A stretch of DNA of 32,955 nt, taken from the NCBI GenBank assembly GCA_021791015.1, contig JAJYFH010000001.1, forward strand, positions 1-32,955, written 5' to 3'. Shown piece after piece: positions 21,197 to 29,526 of the stretch. Numbering within the stretch: the first letter of the stretch is position 1; every line of letters begins with the position of its first letter. Source of the DNA: a bacterium. GTDB lineage: Bacteria > Patescibacteriota > CPR2 > UBA1875 > JAJYID01. A program made the translations under genes and the position numbers. The notes beneath the pieces are model-generated. The model saw nothing but the letters and a program-made list of their open reading frames with translations. It had not been told where the DNA came from and searched no databases.

Positions 21197-22386
21197 AAAG
21201 AAAGCCTTTTATATATTTTTTCCTTTTCTAAAGGATTAATTTTGGTTTTCTTGACCGCCTCCTGCAGAGTATTTATCGTTTTATCGTAAGTCTCCTTGTC
21301 TACCGGATACGGCGTGGCGTCTTTGCCGCCATGGGCAAAGCTGTAGCGAGCCGGATCTTCATATGAAGCATCAGCACCATAAATAATTTCCGAAACGAGT
21401 GACAGAGCCCGAATAGTCTTCGGACCCACACCTTTGGTCGCCACCAGTTCTTCATAGGTTTTCGGCTTCTCATTGGTTAGTTTACCTAGAATTCTTTCCA
21501 GATACTTGCTTTTGGAAAAATCCTCGGCCATAACGGGATGGGTTTTGAACTCTTTTCGAGCAAGTGAAATTAAGGTGGTCTTGTCACCATCAACGCTGTC
21601 ATTCCCGCGGAGGCGGGAATCCAGTCCCTTTTCCCTAAAACTAATCATTTTCGACAAATCGGATGAGTGGCGCCGTAAGATTTCAATGTCCTTCATCACT
21701 GTTTTGAAGTTCGAGTTAACTAGTTCAGTTGAGATTTGTCTGTTTTTGTCCGACCTTTTTGACGACATATTCAGAGTGTTATTTAGTGTACTGATTCTCT
21801 GCGAAGCGATACCTTTGTGCGGCTCCACTATTAAATCTTTGATGTCATCAGAAAACCAGTGATATCGGCGGGCTGTCTGATCCTCGGTGTTCATACCTTG
21901 CTGGACCACCGCCCACGCGCCATTTCGGCTGAATATAAAGCTGTGGTGATAGATTTGATAACCGTCTTGAATTAAGGAGCTGTCGACTTTGGCGCTCATC
22001 TTGGAGTTGTAGACTAAGTTTTCCGTCTTTTCGCCGGGCAAAGATAATCTTTGCCCCCAATCCGTGATTTCATCCGGAGTTTTACGTGAAGTTTTACCCT
22101 TCCCGCCACAAATAAAGACACCTAAATCTCTTTCTTGCCCGCGAATTGATTCCTTAAGCGCCGCTGTTAATATGGTGGTCAACCCGCTCGCATTCCAGTC
22201 AAAGGCAAGAACCGTACCGAGCGATTGGAACCAGACCGGATCGGCTAGGCGCTTCACAAACTCGTCCGGTCCATACTCGGCAATCAACACTCTAGTCATT
22301 TCGCGACCAAGTGAAACCATCCGCCGGAAAAGCCACGGCGGACATTTGCCCCAATCAAGCGTAAATGTAGCGACACCTCTTTGCAT
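21193..22386 (-). CDS. DUF763 domain-containing protein
   Basis: The N-terminus TFTLDWGKCPPWLFRRMVSLGREMTRVLIAEYGPDEFVKRLADPVWFQSLG matches my recollection of the DUF763 family. 397 aa. It contains a 27-nt repeat-derived in-frame segment. Confidence 0.7.
   Translation of the reverse strand: MQRGVATFTLDWGKCPPWLFRRMVSLGREMTRVLIAEYGPDEFVKRLADPVWFQSLGTVLAFDWNASGLTTILTAALKESIRGQERDLGVFICGGKGKTSRKTPDEITDWGQRLSLPGEKTENLVYNSKMSAKVDSSLIQDGYQIYHHSFIFSRNGAWAVVQQGMNTEDQTARRYHWFSDDIKDLIVEPHKGIASQRISTLNNTLNMSSKRSDKNRQISTELVNSNFKTVMKDIEILRRHSSDLSKMISFREKGLDSRLRGNDSVDGDKTTLISLARKEFKTHPVMAEDFSKSKYLERILGKLTNEKPKTYEELVATKGVGPKTIRALSLVSEIIYGADASYEDPARYSFAHGGKDATPYPVDKETYDKTINTLQEAVKKTKINPLEKEKIYKRLSL
21598..21624. 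repeat. GTCATTC hairpin unit inserted in frame within the DUF763 CDS
   Basis: GTCATTCCCGCGGAGGCGGGAATCCAG has the stem ATTCCCGC/GCGGGAAT. Its 27 nt are exactly 9 codons and are translated as LDSRLRGND. Confidence 0.8.
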
Positions 22387-22429
22387 ACTTATATTTTACC
22401 ATTCTTCGCAAGGTCAACTAGTATACAAA

Positions 22430-22876
22430 CTATTTATTTTTTCGGGCGAGTTCCTCGAGAATTTTACTCTGCTTTAACAATTCTTGGTTCTGAGCTTCCA
22501 GAGTTTTTAGAATATATTCTATGTCCTTGTAACTTGTAGTTGTTGTCTTATATTCTTCCTCAGATCTTATTTCGGCATGACGCCCTTGTATATTCTGACC
22601 GACCATTATGAGCGGCATTAAAAGAAGTTGGACAATATTTCCTAGAAAAAGAAGAAATGCAAATGGGTAAGGATCAAAAGGTTTATGGTTGAAAAATCCT
22701 TGCCAAAGCATCCAACTCGCCATAAAAAGAGCAAAGAAATAGACGGCGTACATGGTACCAATGCCAGTGGTGATAATGAGAGCAATCCTGTCCTGAAAGC
22801 CAAGCTGGTTTTTGTGCTTAACATTTACATCTTCCGGTTGATGACGATCAAACTTTGGTTTTTCTGATAAATTCAT
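22430..22876 (-). CDS. DUF1003 domain-containing membrane protein
   Basis: FQDRIALIITTGIGTMYAVYFF...FDPYPFAFLLFLGNIVQLLLMPLIMVGQNIQGRHAEIRSEEEY is the characteristic DUF1003 core. ATGA overlap with the upstream gene. Confidence 0.75.
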   Translation of the reverse strand: MNLSEKPKFDRHQPEDVNVKHKNQLGFQDRIALIITTGIGTMYAVYFFALFMASWMLWQGFFNHKPFDPYPFAFLLFLGNIVQLLLMPLIMVGQNIQGRHAEIRSEEEYKTTTTSYKDIEYILKTLEAQNQELLKQSKILEELARKNK

Positions 22877-23124
22877 TGTTTTTTTCCTATAAATTTAAAT
22901 CTTACTATCCGTTTGCCGTCCTCAAATTCTTTTTCTCCCAAAAACATATCGATTGGCCGCAGCCAAATCATATTTTCCCCATATTGCGCCTGATAAATCA
23001 CTGTTTCTTCTAGTGTTTCGGTGTGAATCCCGACTCCCAAAACTTCATATTTCTTACCTTGCCAGTTTTCGTAGAAACCAAGCCTAATATCCTTGGCTTT
23101 TTGTGATAATTCAACTTTCTCCAT
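22873..23124 (-). CDS. DUF1653 domain-containing protein
   Basis: 83 aa. GFYENWQGKKYEVLGVGIHTETLEETVIYQAQYGENMIWLRPIDMF matches the DUF1653 pattern. Its start overlaps the stop of the fused ABC gene (TAATG). Confidence 0.75.
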   Translation of the reverse strand: MEKVELSQKAKDIRLGFYENWQGKKYEVLGVGIHTETLEETVIYQAQYGENMIWLRPIDMFLGEKEFEDGKRIVRFKFIGKKQ

Positions 23125-25127
23125 TACTCATACCTCAGTGCATTTAGTGCACTAATTTTAGAAGCGCGCCTTGCCGGGTAAATACCCGTAATAATGCTCA
23201 AAAAAACAGAGAAAGCCAATACAGCGAAAAGAAACAGAGGAGGGAAAACAAAAATTTGAATTGGGCTGTTTCCTGTTGTCTTTGCCAAAGTATAAATGCT
23301 AAGGTTAAAAAATTCACCCAAGATATAACTCAAGACCACACCCGTCATGCCTCCGATAAGACCGATAAAAAGAGTGTCAAGAATAAACATTCTTTTAATA
23401 TCTCTGCGGGTCGTGCCCATGGTTTTTAATAAACCGATCTCACGAGTCTTCTCAACCAAAGAAATGGTCAAGGTGTTGAACATGCCGATACAGGATACGA
23501 CGATAGCTACCGCGCCAAAAGCTATGAGAATAACCCGGAAAATACCAAAAAATTGATTGGCCTGGTCAATCGTATCTTTGATAGAACTGACTTGAAATCC
23601 CATATGTTCAATCAAAGATTTAATACTATCAAGGTTGTTAACGGTAGTAATTTTAACTTCCGCACCGCTAAAATTCACAATTCCCATCTTTTCAAGGCTG
23701 GCAAGGGGCATATAGATATAAGGCGCATCACCTTCACTGGTTATGCCAACTATCTTAAACTGGCCGTTTTTTGACTGAAAGTTTTCCCCTGCTTTTTCCA
23801 AAAGTTCAGGACGAATAATAGCCTGTACTTTAAGGTTCTGGTTCAGCACATCGTTATCTTGATTTATGCCAAGCGCTTTCAAAGCTGCTGTGTTCACCAG
23901 AACTTCCTGGCTTTTGCCGGAAAAATAGTTGCCTGCTGTTAAGCTTGGCCTTTCGATTTCATTTAACGTTTCGCCACTTCTGCCATAGATTGCCCCGGTA
24001 ATTTTTTTGCCATGGAAACTAAAATCACCGGCTAAACTGAGTAAAGGATAAACCTTTTCCACCCCAAAAATATTAGACATTTTGTCCAGGGTCGGCTGGT
24101 CAATGCTGGTTTTCTCTGAACCTCCAACATCGACATTTAAAATCTGCAGGGCGGACATTTTCTGAACTCCTTCTGTTGTCAGCTTTTGGAAACCATAGCT
24201 AAGAGCAATTAGAAAAGAAATAAAACCGATACTTAAAGCCACACCACCAGAAGTCAGCAACGTTCTGGCCTTGTATTTTTTAAAATTTTTGAATGCAAGG
24301 TCTGCTAAGAACAGCCACTTTGTCCAGAAAGAACTTGTTCTGCCGCTTTTTCTCAACGCTTGGGGCCGCAAAACATTTTCCCTAACCCGAACTTGTTTAA
24401 CTACCCCATCCTCCATTTGAACAAACTTGCTGGCGTATCTTTCATAATCAGGATTATGGGTAACCATAATAGCTGTTTTACCGGTTTCCACATTTAGTGT
24501 CCGGAGGTCATACATAAGATCCTCAGCAGTCACTGAATCCAAGCTGCCCGTCGGCTCGTCAGCCATAATAATAAGGGGGTCGGGAACCAAGGCCCTGCCA
24601 ACAGCAAGCTTTTGTTGCTCCCCGCCGGAAAGTTCAGCCGGATTTTTTCTTGCAAATTGTTCGAATCTAAAAAGATAAAGCATATTTCGAGCCGCATCCA
24701 GCGCTTTGTTTCTTTTCAATCCAGCTATCCTTAAAGGCAATGATATGTTTTCTAACACATTGAGGGACTTTACCCAATTTGACTCTTGGTAAACCACCCC
24801 AAAGTTTGCACTGCGAAAAGCAGCTCTTTCGTCTTCATTCATGCCATACACGTCCGTTCCGGCAACTAGAACTTGCCCTTCATCCGGCCTCTCAAGACCA
24901 AGTATCGTATTTAAAAGCGTTGTTTTGCCGCAACCGGAAGGACCAATAATAATTACAAACTCGCCGGGATAAATTTCTAAATTTACGCCCTTTAAAATAT
25001 CATTTTTTCTATCACCCGAGAAAAAACTTTTTTTTACTCCTTTAATTTTAAGTAAAGGGGAAATTTCCCGGCTGTTCATATTGTCTGTCATTGATTCCTT
25101 TGAGATCAAGCCAAGATTTTTGCTCAT
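23124..25127 (-). CDS. fused MacB-type ABC transporter (N-terminal ATPase + C-terminal FtsX-family permease)
   Basis: Walker A GPSGCGKTTLLN, signature LSGGEQQK and Walker B IIMADEPTGSLD. These are followed by TM1, a ~220-aa external domain and three C-terminal TMs ending YPARRASKISALNALRYE. ATG 25127 overlaps the upstream TGA (ATGA) and follows a GGAGGAG SD. Confidence 0.9.
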   Translation of the reverse strand: MSKNLGLISKESMTDNMNSREISPLLKIKGVKKSFFSGDRKNDILKGVNLEIYPGEFVIIIGPSGCGKTTLLNTILGLERPDEGQVLVAGTDVYGMNEDERAAFRSANFGVVYQESNWVKSLNVLENISLPLRIAGLKRNKALDAARNMLYLFRFEQFARKNPAELSGGEQQKLAVGRALVPDPLIIMADEPTGSLDSVTAEDLMYDLRTLNVETGKTAIMVTHNPDYERYASKFVQMEDGVVKQVRVRENVLRPQALRKSGRTSSFWTKWLFLADLAFKNFKKYKARTLLTSGGVALSIGFISFLIALSYGFQKLTTEGVQKMSALQILNVDVGGSEKTSIDQPTLDKMSNIFGVEKVYPLLSLAGDFSFHGKKITGAIYGRSGETLNEIERPSLTAGNYFSGKSQEVLVNTAALKALGINQDNDVLNQNLKVQAIIRPELLEKAGENFQSKNGQFKIVGITSEGDAPYIYMPLASLEKMGIVNFSGAEVKITTVNNLDSIKSLIEHMGFQVSSIKDTIDQANQFFGIFRVILIAFGAVAIVVSCIGMFNTLTISLVEKTREIGLLKTMGTTRRDIKRMFILDTLFIGLIGGMTGVVLSYILGEFFNLSIYTLAKTTGNSPIQIFVFPPLFLFAVLAFSVFLSIITGIYPARRASKISALNALRYE

Positions 25128-28100
25128 TTGACTCCTCCGCCAAAAAGCCATCCTATGCTTGAAAATACCGATTTTAAAATTAAATCCAGCACTGAAGGCC
25201 GCGCCTGCCCGGTCAGAGCTGAACGTACTTCTGATTTTGCTTCATTTTGCGATGCATCTTTGGTAATAATCCTAAAATAGTAAGGAGTCGATGGTTTCAA
25301 ATGGGAAATAATGACAGCATGCGAGGTAACAAGCGACGTATCTTCCTGGGTTGCCAGATTTAAATCTTGGCCATTTCCGCCTTCTTCATATTCAACTTGA
25401 GAAGTGGCAGGTTCATCGGTAGTCCAAGAAACGATAAGCTGCGATTCAGTACTTACTCCATATCCTTCAGATGAATTTTCCGTTGTGATTTGCGAGATTG
25501 CCGGCGGCCTTGTGTCGGCTACGGTAGTAACGTCCTGGCTAACCGGACGGGCTTCGTTACCAAGCCCGTCTCTGCCCCTAACCACCACACTATAACTAGT
25601 TTTGTCTTTTAAACCCGAGAGTATCATCTCATGTTGGGTAATTAACTGGTAATCGGAAGCGGTTTGCACGGCACCTGTTGCATCCTGGTATTGTATCTGG
25701 GAAGAAGCAGGAACATTGGTGTCCCAGGAAACTTTTAAACCAGAAGATGGCTGATCTGTTACTTGTTCGAATGCAAGATTTGAAATTTTAGGAAAAGCAA
25801 GCGTTTCAAAAGAATAATCGTCAGACTGGACGAAATTACCGCTCGAGTCAGTCCCGCTTATTCTTAAATGATAAGTGCTTGAGTCTTGAAGGGCTGTCAG
25901 CTGGACGGAATGATTCATCCCTGATCCTCCGTCAGTAGAGAAACCATAATCCGTAGTTTTGCCATAATTTACGATAGAAGCCATGTCTTGCGTAGTCTGC
26001 CAGGACACAAGGGCACTATCAGCATGGATATCGCTGATTTTTAAGTTTGAAATTTCCGCTGACAGAGGGGTAGTAAAAACATAATCACCTGCATAATAGT
26101 CTTGATCGCTGTATGTTCTTTCCTGATCGAGAGATTGGATTTTATAGTGATAAGAGGCGCCAGGAATCAGACCCTTCAAAGAAACAGAGTGGTATGTAAC
26201 CGCATCCTGAGAACCTGCAATTGACCCATAACTGGTATCCGTTCCGTAATCAACCGCAGATGAAGATACTCTGTCGGTTGACCATGTTATGTTTGCGGTA
26301 GTAGCCGATGTTGTCACTGAAGGAGGAGTTACTAAAGAAGGCATGCTCGTATATTTGCCGGTCGGCGTAATCGAAACAACATTAGAAGGATCAGAGACAT
26401 TATTATAGAGACCGCCGATCGTGTCATGTTCAACCGCTTCCACCCTGTAAGAATAATTTACATTTGAACTGCCGACTATTTCTGCATAAGCTTGCTGTGT
26501 ACCATCACTGGTTACACCAACCTGATGCCACGGTCCTCCGTTGTCTGAACGTTCTATTTGATAAAAGCCTACCTGGGTTCCGCCGGCTTGCGGAGCATCC
26601 CATGTTAAAGCTGCCGCCCAGACTCCCTTTGCCCTATTCGACACATCTGAGACCTCAAGCGATTGAGGAGGATTTGGAGGATTTCCTTTAATAGAAACTT
26701 GGATATTGGCAAGTTTCTGGCTGTCACTTGCAGAAGACCCGTGAAAAATCGCTTTCCATTTAAATTTACCCGTACCGCTGCCATAATTTCCCGTAAATGA
26801 AGAGATATTTTGATTAATGACAGAAGCAGTATTTAAATATGTATTGTCGGCTGCAACCGTCCAAGCCGTTCCGTCATACCAATACCAAGTAGCTCCGTCA
26901 TCATTTGACACTTGATAATAAATTGTGCCAATGGAACCAGTACCCAGGTTTTCCTTAAAACCCATGAGCGTACTATAGTTTTGGCTTACATTTGGAATGA
27001 TTGTCGATGTAGGGTAATAATATATGTTCACCCAGTCCGAACCAGCATTCACTGTTTTTAAATTATTTTGATACCCCCCCGTATAACAGACGTTGGCGCT
27101 TGGACAGCTGATTATAAATAAATTGTGTGTTATAGGTACGCTTTGAGCGACCCATGTAGTGCCTCCATTCGTGGTCTTTAGGATAGTACCGAATTGTCCC
27201 ACAGCAAAACCGGTATTGTTGTTTATAAATTTAATATCATTAAGCCAATAAGCTGCTCCGGATGTTTGCGTGTTCCAGTTTGTTCCGCCATTTGTAGTTT
27301 GTAAAATCGTACCGGCATTCCCATCAGTATAACAAGTATTGGCATCCGTACAAGCAATACCATAAAGAGCGTTGCTTGTCCCTGATGCTTGGGTATTCCA
27401 AGTATTGCCGCCGTCGGTGGTTTTAAGTATTGTGCCAGCGTCTCCAACTACGTAACCAACATTGCTGTTGCCGGGAAAGTCAATTTCAACCATAAACGAT
27501 ATTGTGTTAAAATTTTGAGCAGTCCAGCTGGCGCCTCCATTCGTCGTTTGGAAAATAGCGCCTTTGTATGAGTTATTCTCTCCCGACGCAAAACAGACAT
27601 TAGCATCCCTGCAATACATAGAGTATATGAATCCGCTCACCGCACTAGTAGGATTCCAAGTATTACCGCCATCAGTGGTTTTAAGTATAATATTATTGCC
27701 GCCCGCATAAGCGATACTGTTATTTAAAAAATAAATACTATATAAAGCTGTTCCTGAATATTGCTGGGTCCAGTGGGCGCCTCCATCTGCGGTTTTATAA
27801 ATCTTACCAGTGCCAGAACTATCATAACCATCGATATAGCAAGTACTTGTATCAGTACAGTGAATACCAATTATATTAGCAAGTAAGGAATTATAGTTCC
27901 CTGCAGGATATGCAATCCCTCCGCTGATAGTTATCTCACTGGGATTATAAGTATAGTTTGCCGCATTATTTAAATCCCATTCATAACTGGTGGAAGCTAA
28001 CGTTCTTTGGGGAGCCATGAAAGAAAACACACTCAAAGAACTAAAGATAATACTTATAACATAAAAAGTTAGAATAGCCGCGTGAAAATGGCGGCTCAAA

Positions 28101-28258
28101 CGCCGGCTGTGCCATTTCCGGTACCAGGCCAGTTTATGAAGATACATGTGCAAAGAAAAGGTTGTATGAAACCTAAGTAAATTTAAAACCCGCAAGTTGC
28201 TAGGATTGCTCAGTTTTTGTTTATTCTCGCGCTTACGCCTGCTGATTTTAAACATCAT
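25124..28258 (-). CDS. giant cell-surface protein: N-terminal TM anchor, 7-bladed BNR/Ycf48-like beta-propeller, Fn3 and purple-acid-phosphatase-N-like Fn3 repeats, conserved C-terminal tail
   Basis: 1044 aa. TM helix AAILTFYVISIIFSSLSVFSFMA. Seven Asp-box-like motifs (TADGGAHW, TTDGGNTW x2, TTNGGASW, TTNGGTNW, TTNGGTTW, TVNAGSDW). Repeated units of the type ITWSTDRVSSSAVDYGTDTSYG...YHYKIQSLD. Tail LDLILKSVFSSIGWLFGGGVK. Confidence 0.85.
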   Translation of the reverse strand: MMFKISRRKRENKQKLSNPSNLRVLNLLRFHTTFSLHMYLHKLAWYRKWHSRRLSRHFHAAILTFYVISIIFSSLSVFSFMAPQRTLASTSYEWDLNNAANYTYNPSEITISGGIAYPAGNYNSLLANIIGIHCTDTSTCYIDGYDSSGTGKIYKTADGGAHWTQQYSGTALYSIYFLNNSIAYAGGNNIILKTTDGGNTWNPTSAVSGFIYSMYCRDANVCFASGENNSYKGAIFQTTNGGASWTAQNFNTISFMVEIDFPGNSNVGYVVGDAGTILKTTDGGNTWNTQASGTSNALYGIACTDANTCYTDGNAGTILQTTNGGTNWNTQTSGAAYWLNDIKFINNNTGFAVGQFGTILKTTNGGTTWVAQSVPITHNLFIISCPSANVCYTGGYQNNLKTVNAGSDWVNIYYYPTSTIIPNVSQNYSTLMGFKENLGTGSIGTIYYQVSNDDGATWYWYDGTAWTVAADNTYLNTASVINQNISSFTGNYGSGTGKFKWKAIFHGSSASDSQKLANIQVSIKGNPPNPPQSLEVSDVSNRAKGVWAAALTWDAPQAGGTQVGFYQIERSDNGGPWHQVGVTSDGTQQAYAEIVGSSNVNYSYRVEAVEHDTIGGLYNNVSDPSNVVSITPTGKYTSMPSLVTPPSVTTSATTANITWSTDRVSSSAVDYGTDTSYGSIAGSQDAVTYHSVSLKGLIPGASYHYKIQSLDQERTYSDQDYYAGDYVFTTPLSAEISNLKISDIHADSALVSWQTTQDMASIVNYGKTTDYGFSTDGGSGMNHSVQLTALQDSSTYHLRISGTDSSGNFVQSDDYSFETLAFPKISNLAFEQVTDQPSSGLKVSWDTNVPASSQIQYQDATGAVQTASDYQLITQHEMILSGLKDKTSYSVVVRGRDGLGNEARPVSQDVTTVADTRPPAISQITTENSSEGYGVSTESQLIVSWTTDEPATSQVEYEEGGNGQDLNLATQEDTSLVTSHAVIISHLKPSTPYYFRIITKDASQNEAKSEVRSALTGQARPSVLDLILKSVFSSIGWLFGGGVK

Positions 28259-28263
28259 AAAAA

Positions 28264-28272
28264 ATTATATCA
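28264..28272 (-). promoter_or_regulatory. extended -10 element (TGATATAAT) 5 nt upstream of the giant-protein ATG
   Basis: The minus strand reads TGATATAAT-TTTTT-ATGATG with no SD. Confidence 0.45.
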
Positions 28273-28326
28273 CAATCATTATTTTTCCAACATTAACCAA
28301 TAAAAGAAGAGTTCTAATTTCTTTTG

Positions 28327-29526
28327 CTATTCGTATCTAAGGGCATTTAAGGCGCTGATTCTGGATGCGCGCCTCGAAGGATAGGCGCCGGTTAGGAAAC
28401 TGATTAAGATTGAAAGTAAAAGGGCAACAATAATCAGCATTGGCGGAAAAACGAAGATCTGGACCGGATTATTCCCACTAGATTTAGCCAGAGCGTAAAC
28501 ACTGGCATTTAGTGCTTCTCCCAATAAATAGCTTGCTATAAGACCGGTAATACCGCCTACCATTCCGATAAGCAGCGCTTCTGAGATGAAAATTCGGCGT
28601 ACGTCCTTTTTGGTAGTTCCCAAAGATTTCATAATACCTATTTCCCTAGTCTTTTCGATTAATGAAATAGTTAAAGTGTTAAACATGCCGATACAAGAAA
28701 CTGCTACGGCAATGAATCCAAAACCCATTAAGACAGCCCTAAAGACACTGAAAAACTGATTAACTTGGTCTACCGTATCTTTAACCGTGCTAACCTTAAA
28801 ACCCATATGCTCAATCAAGACCTTTATTTTGTCTACGTTATCTTTGCTAGTTGCTTTCACCTGAGCCGAACTGAAATTTTGGACCCCCAGATCTTTTAAA
28901 TTATCAAGTGGTACATAGACATAAGGCGAGTTACCCTCATTAAGAATTCCCACCACCCGGTAGGTAGCTTGTACTGTCTTTGCAGGCTGTCCGTTATTTA
29001 ATAAGAGTTCTGGACGAAGCACCATTGATAGATCTAACTCTCTGCCAACTAAGCCTTGAGGATTGGCAGCTCCCAACTTTTTCGCTGCCGATGTATTAAC
29101 AATAACTTCCTTGGATTTATCAGAGGAATATTTCTTGCCAAATGAAATTTTGGGGTTCTCTATACTTAGAGCGTCAGTACTTTTGCCATAAACTATCCCA
29201 TCAACTTTTGAACCCTGCAAGCTTAGGCTGCCTGCAACACTTATCATCGGATAAACTTTCTCAACCCCTAAAATATTTGAAAACTTACTTAGACTATCGT
29301 TATTTATACTAACAATTTTTGAATTTCCGGCATCTATAGTTAACATCTGAAGAGCTTGCATATTTGCAATTTGATTAGTGGAAATTTGCTGCAGGCCATA
29401 TCCCAAAGCTGTCAAAAAAGAAATAAAACCTATACTGATAGCCACTCCGCCAGCCGTCAAAAAGGTTCTCAGCTTATAGCGTGTCAGGTTCCTCAACGAT
29501 AACTTGATAATAAACCCAAGCTTCAT
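28327..29526 (-). CDS. MacB/FtsX-family ABC transporter permease
   Basis: Paralog of the C-terminal half of 23124-25127, with shared runs GMFNTLTISL, EKTREIG, IFVFPP and SALNALRYE. ATG 29526 overlaps the ATPase TGA (TGATG) and follows a GAGGAGG SD; the track start at 29529 is TTG. Confidence 0.9.
   Translation of the reverse strand: MKLGFIIKLSLRNLTRYKLRTFLTAGGVAISIGFISFLTALGYGLQQISTNQIANMQALQMLTIDAGNSKIVSINNDSLSKFSNILGVEKVYPMISVAGSLSLQGSKVDGIVYGKSTDALSIENPKISFGKKYSSDKSKEVIVNTSAAKKLGAANPQGLVGRELDLSMVLRPELLLNNGQPAKTVQATYRVVGILNEGNSPYVYVPLDNLKDLGVQNFSSAQVKATSKDNVDKIKVLIEHMGFKVSTVKDTVDQVNQFFSVFRAVLMGFGFIAVAVSCIGMFNTLTISLIEKTREIGIMKSLGTTKKDVRRIFISEALLIGMVGGITGLIASYLLGEALNASVYALAKSSGNNPVQIFVFPPMLIIVALLLSILISFLTGAYPSRRASRISALNALRYE

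Noticed and set aside
3143-21624. Whether the recurring hairpin repeats constitute a CRISPR array
   Set aside because: The copies are dispersed singly or in pairs across 18 kb, in both orientations, without regular repeat-spacer periodicity and without cas genes.
21473-22477. Plus-strand or alternative-frame ORFs within DUF763 (21473-21862, 21848-22060, 22064-22477)
   Set aside because: They are shadows of the DUF763 CDS. The SFPRRRES peptide of 21473-21862 is simply the hairpin repeat read on the other strand.
25404-27571. Short ORFs inside the 1044-aa gene (25404-25595, 26464-26691, 27223-27447, 27389-27571)
   Set aside because: They are embedded in a long, repeat-structured, motif-rich CDS, with no independent support.
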